A DNA stretch of 62,750 nt, filler included, from Nemertoderma westbladi (taxonomy: Eukaryota; Animalia; Xenacoelomorpha), in NCBI GenBank assembly GCA_032718475.1. It is 3 parts of 3 records of this genome, joined end to end, with 100 filler letters (N's around TTAATTAATTAA, not from the genome) between each part and the next. Parts side by side here need not be neighbours in the genome. Positions count along the whole stretch, not along the records: positions 1 to 27,799 come from JAUCBJ010001024.1; 2 more parts are not named here. One strand, given 5' to 3'. Under the pieces are notes generated by a model. That model had not been told where the DNA came from. It saw only the letters and a list, made by a program, of their open reading frames with translations, and searched no databases. Below are positions 12,140 to 25,140 of this stretch, in pieces. How positions within the stretch are numbered: position 1 is the stretch's first letter; each line of letters begins with the position of its first letter. The translations under genes were made by a program, and so were the position numbers.

Positions 12140-15100
12140 GAGTCATTCCATCCAAATTCAACAAATTTCAGAAATTCAGTGGCGCTCACCTCCTCAGATT
12201 TTGTTGAAATTAATTATACACAATGTTTATAGCGATATAAGAAAGGCCTGAAATTTTTTAGCCAATCCGTACATCCAAACTTGAGATATTCCCCTGTGAA
12301 ATACGATAAATTGTCAATTTTTGAAAGACTACATGTTATTAGTACCCCTGTGAAAATTTTCTGACAAATGGTTGATTGTCAAATTTTGTATATCTAGTGC
12401 CTAATATGTCAAACTTTCAGTCGTCAACAAAACAAATATCCAACCAATTTGCAGAGGCTCAAATGAAACGAGTAAAATTTCACTATTTATGCATTTTTAT
12501 TAATTTTGGTAGTTTTTGAGGTGCTATCATTCGCATCTGATTGCCAGTTGGTTGTTAGAAACATTTAAATCAATGTGATACAGTATTCAGGCAGCCATTT
12601 AAATATGTTCTTCACGGCAACAGCTTATCAGATTGAAGGTATTGATAATTTAAATGGGCACTTTTTGTGTTTTTTGTAAATTTTGCCAACTTTCACATGA
12701 TACCAGTCAGCTCTGATAATATATTATAACTGGAAATTTTCGGAGATGTTACTTTAGCCTATGGCTAATATTCACACAAATTTATAGAAACCAACAGGAC
12801 CTTGGTCTTGTGATATATGGAATAAGTGTAATTAAATTTTACCAAAAAATTACTTTAATTTTTATCAATTATGACGCTCTGATAGGGTGTTGGCAATTAA
12901 TAAATGTGCTATTATGTTCGTTGATGGATACTAATAATGACATTTAATGTTAGTTGGTCCAACAGATTATCAGAGCCGAGTTACAATTGGTGACTTTGTA
13001 AGGGTTGGTATTCGAAGAGACAGTACCTGCAGTAACAAAATACCTTGCAATATCCTACTGTAAAGTTTGTGAATCAAAACATAAATCCGACCTTCTCACC
13101 AAAACAGTAAACTCTAAGTAAGCGAATATATATTGCAGTATCGGTCTCTTATAACCGGTGAGGCAGAAAACAGTCTATGAACGGACAAACTTCGATAAAA
13201 CAAAATCCCGCGCAGCGAATCCTAAAATCAGGCTGACTCACTGACGGACTAAGGGCGCTCGTATACTTTGCCGCGGTGTGATTTATATGGTTGGGATAGA
13301 GATATGCTAGCTAGGTGCAGAAAGGTCTAACTAGAGGGCAAAGCGCAGTACGGACAAAAATTATTTTATATATTTTGAGGTGTAAATAATTTCTAACGCG
13401 TGTGAGTCTTGATTCTAAACAGTCAAAGTCAGTTTTGCTCCTTCACATATATAATTACTGGGTCCGGTGTGCATTTTACAAATATTCTAATTTTGTAACT
13501 TGTAGGTCCAATACTCACGAATGATAAGGCTCCTTCCCCTTTTGCGTATTTCCAGGACTCAAATTCAGGCATAAGGTTAATACTACGCCCAGAATTCGGC
13601 AATTTAATTTACCAGGTCCCTAATACTAAGAAGAAATGTGTTAGTTTACTACAGTAGGCGTACTGTTACAAATAGCTAGCCTGGTGTTCTTATCTAGAAT
13701 TTTGGTTGCCTAGATGGGCACGGCAACTTCCTAACAGAATGTTGGCGGGGACACGGTAGGTGTTAGTATCCCTAATAGCCTCAATTTATTTGCGCCTAGT
13801 GGTAAACTAGGCCTATATGCTACCTGGCACTTCTTTGCCACCAGTCATGGCAAGAGCCCGTGTGATGGGATTGGCGGCACTGTGAAGCGAATAATCACTA
13901 GGATGAGTCTGCAGAGACCTATAGAGGACCAAATAACTAATGCTGAGGAGATGTTTACTGCTGCTGATGTTAATATTACTGGGATAAGATTTATTTGGGT
14001 CGATGCCAAGGAAGTGGAGTCTATGACCAAGGAGCAGGAAGTTCGGTTTGAGGATGCCTCAAAAATACCTGGGACAAGGTCGTATCACCGTTTTGATGTT
14101 CTTCCCAGTGGCAAATTAGCTTGCCGAACAGTGTCAGATGGCGATGACAACCTTGCAACAGTGATAAACATTGTTCAAGGTATCACCAGGGAGTCCATCA
14201 CGGATGAGGAACAGTCAACCTCAGGAAAGGAACCCAACTACAGCGTTGGTCAATGGGTACTTGTGTACTATGAGGAAGATCATTACCCAGGAGAGGTGCA
14301 GTACACGTCAAGTGAGGGGTACGTGTGTGTGAAAGTCATGGACAGGGCTGGTGGATACTACAGGTGGCCCGAGAAGGATGATATACATAGTTATCCCACT
14401 GATGACATTGTAAAAACTCTGGAACCACCACTACCCGTTGGAACCAGAGGACAGTTCAAATTTTCGAACATTTAAGAAGAATTATGTAATATATAAATTC
14501 GCTACTTATATATAATAAATACAGTATCCTGGTTATTCAAGTTTAATAGATTGTAGTTTGTTTTTTCTCTGCAAAGCTGTTGGTCCGTTTAATTGCAATA
14601 AATATCTATATTATGTACTATAAAACATATTATTTCCTTCCTAGGCAATAACGTACTTTCAGATTGAAATTACATTGAATGAAAATATTCTTTTTTTTCA
14701 ATTACTTGTCACGTTAAAGAACATTTTTAGATAATAACTTGATCCTGTTGGTGATTGAAAATTATCATACAATTGAACAATAGGTTGAATAAACAAATTA
14801 TCTACTTTTTGGGGAGATATTTTTAGTCAGAGCTGATTTCTGACACTTCAAAGTTGGCAAAAAATCAAAATCGTATGCACTTATTTTTTCGATAGCACAC
14901 CTCTGATAAGTTGTTGGCCCTTAATTCATTATTAAAACGTGTCATGGATAATGCACAATATAGTTAAGAAACATTTGAATTTCCAACAGACATGCAGAGA
15001 TTTCTAAATGGTGTCACAAAAATCAACAAAATTTGTATTTTTGGTGTAATTTCAATCGCGTATGTTAAGACTCTGACTATCGGTTGTATGTTTATTGACT

Positions 15101-15371
15101 TATAGGATACAGCCTTATTATAAGAGGTGTATCATTTATTAAAAAAGTATCACCCAACAAGTTGTCAGAGTACAAAATATTCAGGTTTTAAATTTCCAAT
15201 ATTTTTACAATTCAGAAACTTGAACACCATGTAACTTGAGAATAAAAGGACCAAATGAGCTGAAATTATGGCTACCAGTTTTTAACCACATCATCATAAC
15301 ATGATTAAATTTTCAATGAATTCTGAGAGGGTGTGCGCCACCCCATTTGTTGAATTTGGCTGGAATAACCC
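12140..15371 (+). mobile_element. Sola2-like DNA transposon (internally deleted)
   Basis: Termini GAGTCATTCCATCCAAATTCAACAAAT ... ATTTGTTGAATTTGGCTGGAATAACCC (5'-GRG...CYC-3'). 4-bp TSD TATG (12136-12139 and 15372-15375). Transposase remnant inside. Confidence 0.8.
13810..14475 (+). pseudogene. C-terminal fragment of Sola2-like transposase
   Basis: In-frame ATWHFFATSHGKSPCDGIGGTVKR motif, IPGTRSYH, and a C-terminal SH3/Tudor-like segment (VGQWVLVYY...YPGEV...YRWP). N-terminal catalytic part missing. Confidence 0.75.
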
Positions 15372-15486
15372 TATGACATTGTTACATAATAGTTATGACA
15401 TTATTAAATAATAGTTATGACATTATTACATATTTGACATTGTTACATACAGTATTACATATTTATAACATTAAGTCCATTTGCAA

Positions 15487-15856
15487 CTACGATGAAATAA
15501 GTAATCTCCCATATCGCTTCAGGAACGCTTCGGTTCGCAGTTCTCCTTGACTATACTGCTCCCAGTATACGTTCAAGAGCCCTGCGGCTGCGGCAGTTTT
15601 CTTGCGCTGTTGGCGCAAGACGGTGCCACGACTCACCAGCCTCACCTGGATCGGTACCAACTGCGCCTCTCGGTGGAGGAGGTGGGTCGTAAAATGGTAG
15701 GTTAGCACGTGGGGCGCGCGTATTTAGACGGCGATGCCAACCTTCGACATCATTATTGGTTCTTATGCTTCGTCGAAAGACACTCCACGCAGCAACAGGC
15801 CAAACCGTACTTATGGTCCACGTCTTTTCTATATACTTGAGCAGACGGTCCACCAG
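15487..15856 (-). pseudogene. MULE transposase C-terminal remnant (frameshifted)
   Basis: YIEKTW...WSVF..SIRTNNDVEGWHRRLN is the MULE RTNNxxEGWH motif containing the catalytic Glu. Confidence 0.85.
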
Positions 15857-16559
15857 GAAATTTCCTTTCGTCCTTCCCTTTAGGTCCTAATCCATTCTTC
15901 AACCTGCATCAATCTGAATCAATCTACTCCCGTAGAAAAATAATAGTTAGATTGATAAAATTGAAAATTGAAAAATTTAGAGCATAAGTATCTCTCTGTG
16001 CAGAGATGCCATGGCATGGGTTAGTATAGGGCAGTGTAGGGCAGCGGAATAAAGAGCAGGGCGGCTAGAGGCGGGTAGACTAAGCCTAAAGAGCACGAAG
16101 TGCAGGACGGCTAGGCGGGTAGACTAAGCTCAAAGAGCAGGGCGGCTGCTTCAAACAGCTATAGGCCGGACTACTGATGGAATTCCACAGAGCTTGAGAG
16201 TGATTGACAGGCACAGTAACAATACAGATGGTGTGTGGTGTACTTTCTGAATTGCAGTTTCAGTACACCTGCCGTCTGCAGAAGTTACAGTTATATTCCT
16301 CCTTTCCACTCCGTAAGTCAACATGGCATGGCCTCGTGTACAATGCGTGTACATATCGTTATATCAGATCTGCTCCAATGAACCTCCGCTCTCTCCAGAA
16401 ATTGGATTGCCATGGCCATGATGGTTATTATACATCTATGTACCTATTGAATTTCAAGATATTGCTGTGTGACTGTACAAGCTGTCTAACGAGTATCATA
16501 ATAACCCCCTTATTGCTTATACAATTAATAGTCTATGCAGCAAGAGGAAATTGATAAGT

Positions 16560-17094
16560 ATTGTAGGAAAGACTTGTCCTTTCTGTTTTACTAAAAAAAA
16601 TTACTAACACTTCGTTTGGTTCATCCGGAATAACTGAATTGCCAGAAACATCGAAACCATTATCTGAGGCAGTAGTGGCATCCTCCAACAGTTCAACAGG
16701 AGCCTCCAACGGTTCAACAGGAGCCTCCAACGGTTTAACAGGAGGCTCTAATGGATCAGCAGGGGGGGTTGCATGGTTGCCACTGAATTCAGTACAATAA
16801 TAGCAACTCCAGTTAAATGATGGAGTTGATATCAGTATGGCGTACTGAGAATGTGATATTCCTATAAAGATATAAAATAAATGTCATTATTAGCTGTGCT
16901 TAATAAGTATAAGTAGTCGTATGCTCGTATGGGTCACACGTGAGTCGTCAATGACGCTGACGACGAACAACTTATCACTTACCTGTATATCCACACTTTC
17001 GATGCTGCCATCTGTTGCATTCATCGCACTGCAAAGCCTGCTGACGAACTGTCACTTCTCTGATACACACAACGCACGTGTCGGGGTCGGGCAT
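16560..17094 (-). pseudogene. Spliced PHD-finger N-terminus of the MULE gene
   Basis: ATG at 17094. Exon 17094-16983 reads MPDPDTCVVC...ALQCDECNRWQHRKCGYT. GT..AG intron 16982-16862, then GISHSQY...FNWSCYYC completes a C4HC3 PHD finger. Confidence 0.75.
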
Positions 17095-17877
17095 CGTAAA
17101 GGAAATCGAATTACAAAGTGAGACAAATTTTAAAAGCAAGAAACCAAAATGAATAACTTGGAGACAGCTTAAATAGCAAAATATTTAAAAGCGAAAATAA
17201 CTAGCCAAGCAAGTGAAAATGAGCAATGCTGGAACCAGCGGGTGGTAGAGATAGCGCACAGCGTGTCCACTTTATCTTGAACTGAACCAATCATATTAAG
17301 CACAACGGAATGACTCACTTCTTCTTGTTTAGATAGAGGCGTAACAAACAGGACAAGTTAGAGGCGTAATGATGGCCTCCTGTTCCAGCTTATTTTTTTA
17401 CACCCAATCAAATATCCCCAATTTGTATGTCACGTAAGGAAGGTAGCAAAGTGTAGCTTGCTATACAAAGAAAGTAAAATATTGTAAAAAATAGTGAAAA
17501 ATATTGCAATAATATCGTTACAACAAATGAAATAAACATATTCACTGCAGAGTCAGCAAATCAATAATGTTCGCTGATAATATTAACGAGAGTAAGCGTT
17601 ACCCAACAACTATTATATGCATTATGACATCGCACAACTATAAATAAAGCGTTCCCCCAACCTAGGATATCTCCGGACTACCTTTTGTTGATATATCAGG
17701 AAATTTCTGACTTCCATTTTCTGACTTCCGTTTTCGACGCAAATTACACATTAAGTCAAATATCTGACGAAACAAATTTTAATAACAATATTCACGAATA
17801 TTTTTCCTTTAGTCAAATATTTGCTGAAACAAATTTAAATAACTATTCACTGTATTCAATTTTATAAATTACACTAT

Positions 17878-18192
17878 CACCCAGCACCACCCTGTAGACA
17901 CACCATCCTTACCCCCACCCAGCACCACCCTGCAGACAAACAAACCTCGCCTCCACCCAGCACCACCCTGCAGACACACCAACCTTTCCTGCACCCAGCA
18001 CCACCCTGCAGACATACCAACCATGCCTCCACCCAGTACCACCCTGCAGACACACCAACCTTTCCTCCACCCAGCACCACCCTGCAGACATACCAACTAT
18101 GCCTCCACCCAGCACCACCCTGCAGACATTCCAACCATGCCTCCACCCAGCACCACCCTACAGCCACACAAACCTTTCCTCCACCCAGCATC
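17878..18192 (-). repeat. Inverted copy of the 38-bp minisatellite (right MULE arm)
   Basis: About 8 units, reverse complement of the 10180-11450 unit. Confidence 0.9.
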
Positions 18193-20754
18193 ATATCCAC
18201 TCATACATAGATAATGATACATACTGTATAATTTAGGTTTGGACTGGGAGGGGGGGGGGGGGGGGGGGGGAGATATTCGACGCAAATAACATATGATTTC
18301 AATAATCAAATTAAAATCAAAATAATCAAATTCAATTTTAATAACAATATTCACGTATATTTTTCCTTTAGTCAAATATTTGCCGAAACAAATTTAAATA
18401 ACTATTCACTGTATTAAATTTTATGAATTACACTATTTCATACATACAGTACGTACATAATCATTCATACTATATCATTCAGGTTGGCGTTGGGAATGGG
18501 GGGGGGGGGGGGGGGGGAGGTTACTTCGAACATACAGAAATAACAGATGACTGTACTCTTTTCAAAAATAAAACTGTAACACATTCTATTATGTTTTCGT
18601 TTATTGTATTGTTAGAATAACGTGCCATTGTAACCTGCTCCTTTCCCTTACTGATTCTAAATTACCCAACTCTAAGGTTATCATTGAGAATCCGTTTCTT
18701 ATCCTCCTTTAAATAAACGAAGACGCGTTTCATCAGTTAATCCCTGAAATTAAAACAAATATTATAAATAGATAGAACAAAAATAAATGTATGTTACATT
18801 CGGGCTTAGTAATTTATAGATCCAATGTAACATAGTTATAGGATCCAATGTAACATAATTGCGGTTACGTTCGATTCCAAATAACTATGTTACATTCGAT
18901 ACTGATTACGTTCAGTCTGTCACCCTATGGGACTGACAGTGTTCATATTAAGTTAAGTATTTCTCTAGAAAATACAGTTTTTTGCACGTGCTGCGCGAAG
19001 GGCACATCGTCCTCTGCAGCCGTAAAATTTACATCACATTAAATACACGACCTGGGGTGTCTGTCTGTAGATTTTCCGGCAAATTGAAGGAAAATTGAGG
19101 CAATGGTGCACATTTGAAAACAGGCAAAAATTGACTTTTCGAGAAAAAAGCCATAAACTCATGATTTTCAATCGTGCTGCTCGAAGCGGAAAATTACCCT
19201 AATTTAATTTTTTCCATGAAGTTACACATAGGTCAGAGAGTGTATGTGTGAAATTTGAGACAAATCGGTCCAAAAATGGCCATTGGGAAAAGGTGTTTGT
19301 CACTGTGCTTCAAATGTTATAGAACTGGCACTAGGCACTAGGGTATTTTAACCGGCCACCGGTGGTGAAACTACACTGGGTGATTTTTTAGTGAAATTTA
19401 ACCTCCGACCGAGACTTTAGTCCATACACTTTACAATAAAAGCGCTCGAAAATCGTAAAGCACACCGGTTTTGGTGCGTGGCGCTCCCAAAATTAATAAC
19501 CGGCGCCGATTTGTTGGTTTAACAATTACGGAAGTTCCTTAAAAATTGCATTAGCTGTTTAAAAATTTCGGCTCGCTACGCTCGCCTTTCTTTTTTCTGT
19601 TGCATGGTTACTGCTGTGGGCCTACAGGTACAGCAGTACTGACATTGGCAGACTGGTTACACTCCTTCAAAATTGAAATTGCAAATTGGATTGGCGCGGC
19701 GCTCTTCAAAATTAAATTGTTTCAATGTGCGGCGCGCTTAAAAATTTCGTCGGCCCGGGGTTTGCTTCGAAATTGCATCGGCGCGCGGCGCGCATAAAAA
19801 TTGGTCGGCGCGCTATCCGGTGCTCTTTTTGGATGGATTCCATACAGACCCCTGACCACAAACTGACGAACTAGTTACGATCCCGATTTATCTGGGTTTT
19901 TAGAACGTACTGTAGTACCGGACCGGTAGTCCTACCGGTAATAACCGGTAAAGCATTGCCGTTGTTCTCTGTAATTCTTTATCTGAATTAAATCCTTGGG
20001 CCAGGGTGTAAACTTTACACAGACAACCGACAGCAGACAAAGACAACCGACAGAAGACAAAGACAACCGACAGAAGACTAAGGACAGCAGACAACCGACA
20101 ATCGACAGCGACAACCAACAGCTGACAGCAGACAACGAACCGACAGTTGACAACCGACCATTTTCACTTATCAGTTGAAATTTTATATATGATGAATTTG
20201 TATTTGTGTTGATTTCACCATGTTAAGTGTTTTATCGCAATTATTTCTATGTTATAACTTGACGCAGATTCAATTTGTTTATTGTTTTGGTCAGATTCAG
20301 CCCTTCTGTAACCTGGGTTTTTGTTTTTATTGAAAACCTTGTATTCTTTACAGTGGGGGCAAAATGCAAAGTCAGATATAACAACAGAAAGTCCGATATA
20401 CTTCACCTGCACCCAACGACAGCAGAAGAAAAGGCAGGGAACGGAAACAAGCACATAATATTATGAATATACAGTTGAGTAGGCCTATAAATACTGTCTT
20501 TTTTTTTACATCGCAAGGAAAAGTGCAGAACTGTTGAATGCAATACATTCAATGAGTAGTCCCATAACGGCCCAATTGGAAACTAAACGTCATGGGCGGG
20601 TTGTGGTGTTTTAGTAACTCAAAATCAAATTGCTTAACCGTGCCAGTTAACCGTTGACAATTATTGGAAGATAAAGAAGGTTACTTAACTTACTATTATC
20701 ACTGCTATATTAATGGATAGCCAGTGATAGTCAAAACGTGATCTTCCAATAATC

Positions 20755-21208
20755 TACTACTACTACTAGGTCGAGCGAATTCGGACAGTGGAAATGAGAT
20801 CCTTCCAGGCTTCCCGATTCTCCATAGTTGTCGCAATTTCGATTCTCCCAAGTTCAGTATCCCTTTCAAGTTGATCTATATATGTTATGGCAGGTCATCC
20901 ACGACTACGCTTTCCATGAGTTGGTTGTCAGAAAAGTAGATCTGATATGACCTCGTCTTTACTTCGCCAGCAGTTCCCACTGAATCTTAATCTACGTTCA
21001 CGGAGGGTGGTTGATACAGGTGGTATTTTACCTTAAAGCTCGGCGTTTGTCATGTGTTGTCTCCAGCTGATGTTTAGGGCTGCCCTTAGTAGTCTTGTGT
21101 AGCAACCATCAATTCATTGTTCAAGTGATTTCGTCAGTGTCCAGGTCTCACCCCCGTATAAAAATACACTTTCCACTGTGGCTCGAAAGAACTTAGTCTT
21201 TAGGACAT
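20755..21208 (-). mobile_element. RTE-like LINE 3' end with (TAG)n tail
   Basis: Encodes FFRATVESVFLYGGETWTLT...DGCYTRLLRAALNISW and ends in a TAG repeat (CTACTACTACTAG on +). Same family as 59218-59711. Confidence 0.85.
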
Positions 21209-21399
21209 GAGAGTAAAAACCCAAGCGATCATTTTGTGAACATCCAATGATTTTGCCTGTTTTATAAATGCTTTAAGTTGTTATGGGCTGTTCTGTTTGA
21301 TTGGTTGTTGTGTGATTTACTTGCTAATCTTGGCCAGTATTAAATGCACTAAATCAACAAGTGATCATTGTAACTTAGTAGTTTACATTTAAATATTAG

Positions 21400-22278
21400 C
21401 AGTATGCCGGTAGCTCTACCTACGACTATGATATAAAGCTCGTTGTGGTAGTCATTCTGGATAACAGAGATAAGGGCTTCCCGGTTGCATTCTTTGTAAC
21501 TACCAATGAGGATTCAATCCAAATGGATAAATTTTTGAACTCTATTTTAGAACGGTGAGTTTAAACCCCACTCCCTCTCGGGGGGGGGGGGGGGGGGGTG
21601 GTGGTGTCATACCCCATACAGTCTCGGCACTGGCAATGTAATTCAACCTGTATTAAGAACCAATCAGAGATCAGCAGTTGTAAGGAACTCAGAATGTCAG
21701 CACTTATTAAATGGAAAATATACAATAAAGAAGTACTTTGGGTGATGTATGTGTTAATGCGCAATGGGCGTGCCGTGCAGACTGAATAATGATAGGGGGG
21801 GGGGGGGGGGGGGGGGGGCTGTACGCAATAAAATCTCATCCCTCTCCAGGGGAAATTCGTCGCAAATAACGGCTGATTACTCTCAAAAATAAAACTGTAA
21901 CAAGTTGTACAAACTGTAAAAGTTTACTATTTTGGTTAAAATAATGTGCCACTCTAACCTGCTCCTTTCCCTAAATTGAGAATTGAACATTAATGATAGA
22001 TTTAATGCATTTTTTTACCATATTTTATCATCTCCATTATTATTATATTTCAGAAATTGAGAAATTGACTCAGAGACTTTTATGTCTGATTGTGCTGAGA
22101 ACTTTTGGAACGGGTATTCTTCCGTTTTCATTTTGGTTTTTCATTTTGGATTTTGGTGTGCGTGGCACATGAGGAAAGCTGTAGGGGAAAATATACGAAA
22201 AAAGGTGTCATCTGAAAATGTTGATAATATAACAAGCATGTTTGATATTTTAATGAAAACTACTGATGAGTGTGAATT
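21400..22278 (+). pseudogene. Intron-containing MULE transposase remnant
   Basis: Exon-like YDIKLVVVVILDNRDKGFPVAFFVTTNE...ER|GTGAGT (about 21400-21554), and FMSDCAENFWNGYSSVF...CAWHMRKA (about 22054-22278) with the MULE second Asp and CxxH motif. Confidence 0.7.
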
Positions 22279-22279
22279 C

Positions 22280-25140
22280 GGCAGTACTTGGTCGAAATCC
22301 GTTTTGGCTCTTACGCAGCAGTTTCTCTATGTGAGGCATAATCCTATATAGAATCATTTTATTGTATATTTTGGCAGCTACCACAAGCAGACAGATCCCA
22401 CGATAGTTTGTTGGTATACCGAGGTCTCCTCTCTCGGGGAGAGGCTTTAGTTGACCTTTAGTCCAAATTGGTGGTTGCTTTTCCCCTTTTAACATCCAGT
22501 TGCAAACATTCAATAATGGTCTATTTAGCACTCCGGTTTTCCATACCTCCGCTGGGATTTCATCTAATCCACTCGCTTTATTATTGGACATGCTTTTAAT
22601 GCTTCTTTGGAGTTCGGCAGGTGTGAAGTCCCCTGTTTCTATAGGTAGTGTCTTGTCATATATTTTCCTTGTAGGGCTGACCTCGATGTTTGGTGGCTGC
22701 CCAAGCAAGTTGCTGAAGTGATTTTTCCACTTCCCAACACGTTCTTCATGACTATCAGCTTTGAGGCGCCCCTTTGCACAAGTTTTCCGTCCAGATACCT
22801 AATTTACTATTTGCCAGGTAAGTCTTGATTGTTGCTGTATGTGAGCAGTTGTAATTTTATCCTGTATGTACTTTTCCTGGATGATGTAGGCCAATTTAAG
22901 ATCGTCCTTAGCTTTCTCAACCTTGTTAATGTTTTCGGTTGTTGGTTGTTCGGGTTTTTACTTTGTAGGTGTACTGTATCTTAAAGAGCCTTTCTCTTAC
23001 AAGTAACCTCAGAGTTTTGCCATGGCACATACTGTTTTCGTTTGGGTTTCTGGGGGATATGCCTCTTAGCTGATTCCTTGTGGGCTGTTATTATATTCTG
23101 CTATATTGAATTGGTAGACAGGTCTTCATCCATAGGCTGAAGTGCTTCAAGGCGGTTTTGAACTTCTACTGTGAAAGCATCGTTTACTGCATTGTCAGTT
23201 CTAAGTTTCTCCCAGTCTGTTCGCGCTTTCAGACCTTTAGCAGTTTAACCTGCCAATTTTAGGTGTCCTCTTGTTTATAAATCGACTTTAGCCTATAACA
23301 GTTATTTAATGCACATGAAGTAACATTAGCCGAAGCCAGTCTATGCGCGATCATTCACCCACAGTTAAGGGAGACTGGATTCGGATGCTTTGACCTTATT
23401 GCGTTGCAGACCTACTGTATTATTCGATTGATTGTTACTATTACTATATAATCTCTGACAATATTATTCACTTTCGGGGAAATATTAACAGTTCCTTTAG
23501 GACGTGGCGCTTTAAGTATAAAACAGAATTATGACTTATACTAAACACAACGAGATGGCTACTGATTTTCGTAAATAGCGCATTCTTTAGGAGATGCTTT
23601 ATTATCTGTCACACTGCTGCATACGATTTCACACTGCTGCATACTGATCTGCCGACCGTCACTGAATTTGATCATATATAAGGAGGATAGCAACTGACAC
23701 ATGTAGGGATTATGAAATAGCATTTAATGCACACTAAAACCACTGTAATGTAAGTCGCAATTGCTACCGGTAACCGGTCCCTCTAACCTTTAGTAATCAA
23801 GAAGATTGGGGGTTTTATGATTATTTATCGATATTCTCCAAATATAACAACATATCCATCAACATATAACCATTAATAACAGACAGTAAACAGAAGTAAA
23901 ATAATGCGGTGATAGTCAGCCAGTTGACCAGTTTGTTGCACAGTTGCGCAGTGCAGGTGATCGGTTGACAAGTTGACAGGTGCAGTATCGGTAGTACCGG
24001 TACCGCAGTTGGTAGGTGCAGCCAGGTGCAGAGTTGTTCAGATAATAGATTTACGTTATTGTAATCAAAGCCGTCTAATGTTGGCCAAAGTCTGAAACTT
24101 CTAACACAGAAGTACAGAATAATTTCCAAGCAGTTGTTCTCGCTCAGAAAGGTAAACAAAGACCGTCATGCATTGCGCGGTTTTCCGTAGGCCTCTGTGC
24201 AAAATAAAATGAAAATCGCTCTGATTGGTCGAGTGAGCCGAACAAAGAAAGTTAAGAAAGCTCCACATCGACAGCAAATCAGCTGACAGATTTCGTCATC
24301 TGAACTACACTCTATTTAGAGTATTTGGCGTATTGCGGCATAAAATGGCTTGTTATGTCCGCTAAAACACCTACAGGGTACATTGCGGAGAAAATGGCTT
24401 GTTATGTCCGCTAAAACAACTAAACAGTTCATTGCGGAGAAAAATGACTGGTTATATCCGCAAAAGCTTTTACACAGTCATAGTTGATTTGCTTGCTTGT
24501 CCTGGGTTTGCTGGCTCTCAAACTGAGTCTGATCTCTGCAGTCACAATTCTGTGGTCCGAACCAATTAGGTTGAACGAGCTGTATGCCTTGCAGTTGATC
24601 ATGCTGTTTCTCCACTTTTTGTTTATAAGGATGTAATCAATCTGTGCTTTGGATCTATTAGGGTATTGAAAGGTCCATAGCTTCCCCTTAGTCTTTTCGA
24701 ATGTAGTTAAGTAGGAGTAGTTGTGGAGTAAGCACCCATTTCTGTTCGAACTGGTGTTATAGGTGTAACCCTTGATGTCTTCTGGGTAATTTTTCACATT
24801 CATGTTACCAGCAATGACTTTGACATTGTGTTTCGTACTGTCCTTTATAAGTCCAGTCAGATCTTCATAAAACTTGACTGCTTGTTCTGGCTCTGAGGCA
24901 TTGGTTGGACTATAGCAACATATTACTGCTGTCTTGGGATTTCCATCAAATGTTGCGATCATGACCCTGGAATTTATAGAATCGATGTTGTTTCGGATCT
25001 GAAGTGCAAATGGCGCTTGCTTAGCAGAATTCCTACTCCACCAATTGATGCATTGGCCGAGTTTCTTACTGCTGATCTTTTCACTAACGTCCATCCATTT
25101 CCAATGTCATTGTACTTCATGGCAGTGTCTTCATGACAAT
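22280..25140 (-). mobile_element. RTE-like LINE fragment (APE endonuclease to RT start), split by a solo LTR
   Basis: ORF 24429-25094 has CYSPT, QIDYILI and GSDHRIV endonuclease motifs. ORF 22250-22708 has KASGLDEIPAE, NYRGICLL and QNGFR. The frame QINYD|WEKLR rejoins across 23218-24474. Confidence 0.9.
23218..24474. mobile_element. Solo LTR (1257 bp)
   Basis: TGT...ACA termini with 5-bp TSD CAGTC (23213-23217 and 24475-24479). Interrupts the RTE reading frame. A diverged relative of one end lies at 58215-58348. Confidence 0.85.

Larger units (their letters stand above)
9249..18925 (-). mobile_element. MULE/Mutator-like transposon with very long (about 1 kb) TIRs
   Basis: 9-bp TSD TATGGGACT (9240-9248 and 18926-18934). 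9249 to about 9900 is a near-perfect reverse complement of about 18340-18925, and the symmetry continues into the 38-bp minisatellite on both arms. Internal MULE transposase remnant. Confidence 0.9.

Noticed and set aside
8622-19307. Transib-like CACAGTG...CACTGTG ends enclosing the large MULE
   Set aside because: Only 7 bp of inverted match, and the flanks (AGAGG versus CTTCA) give no TSD.
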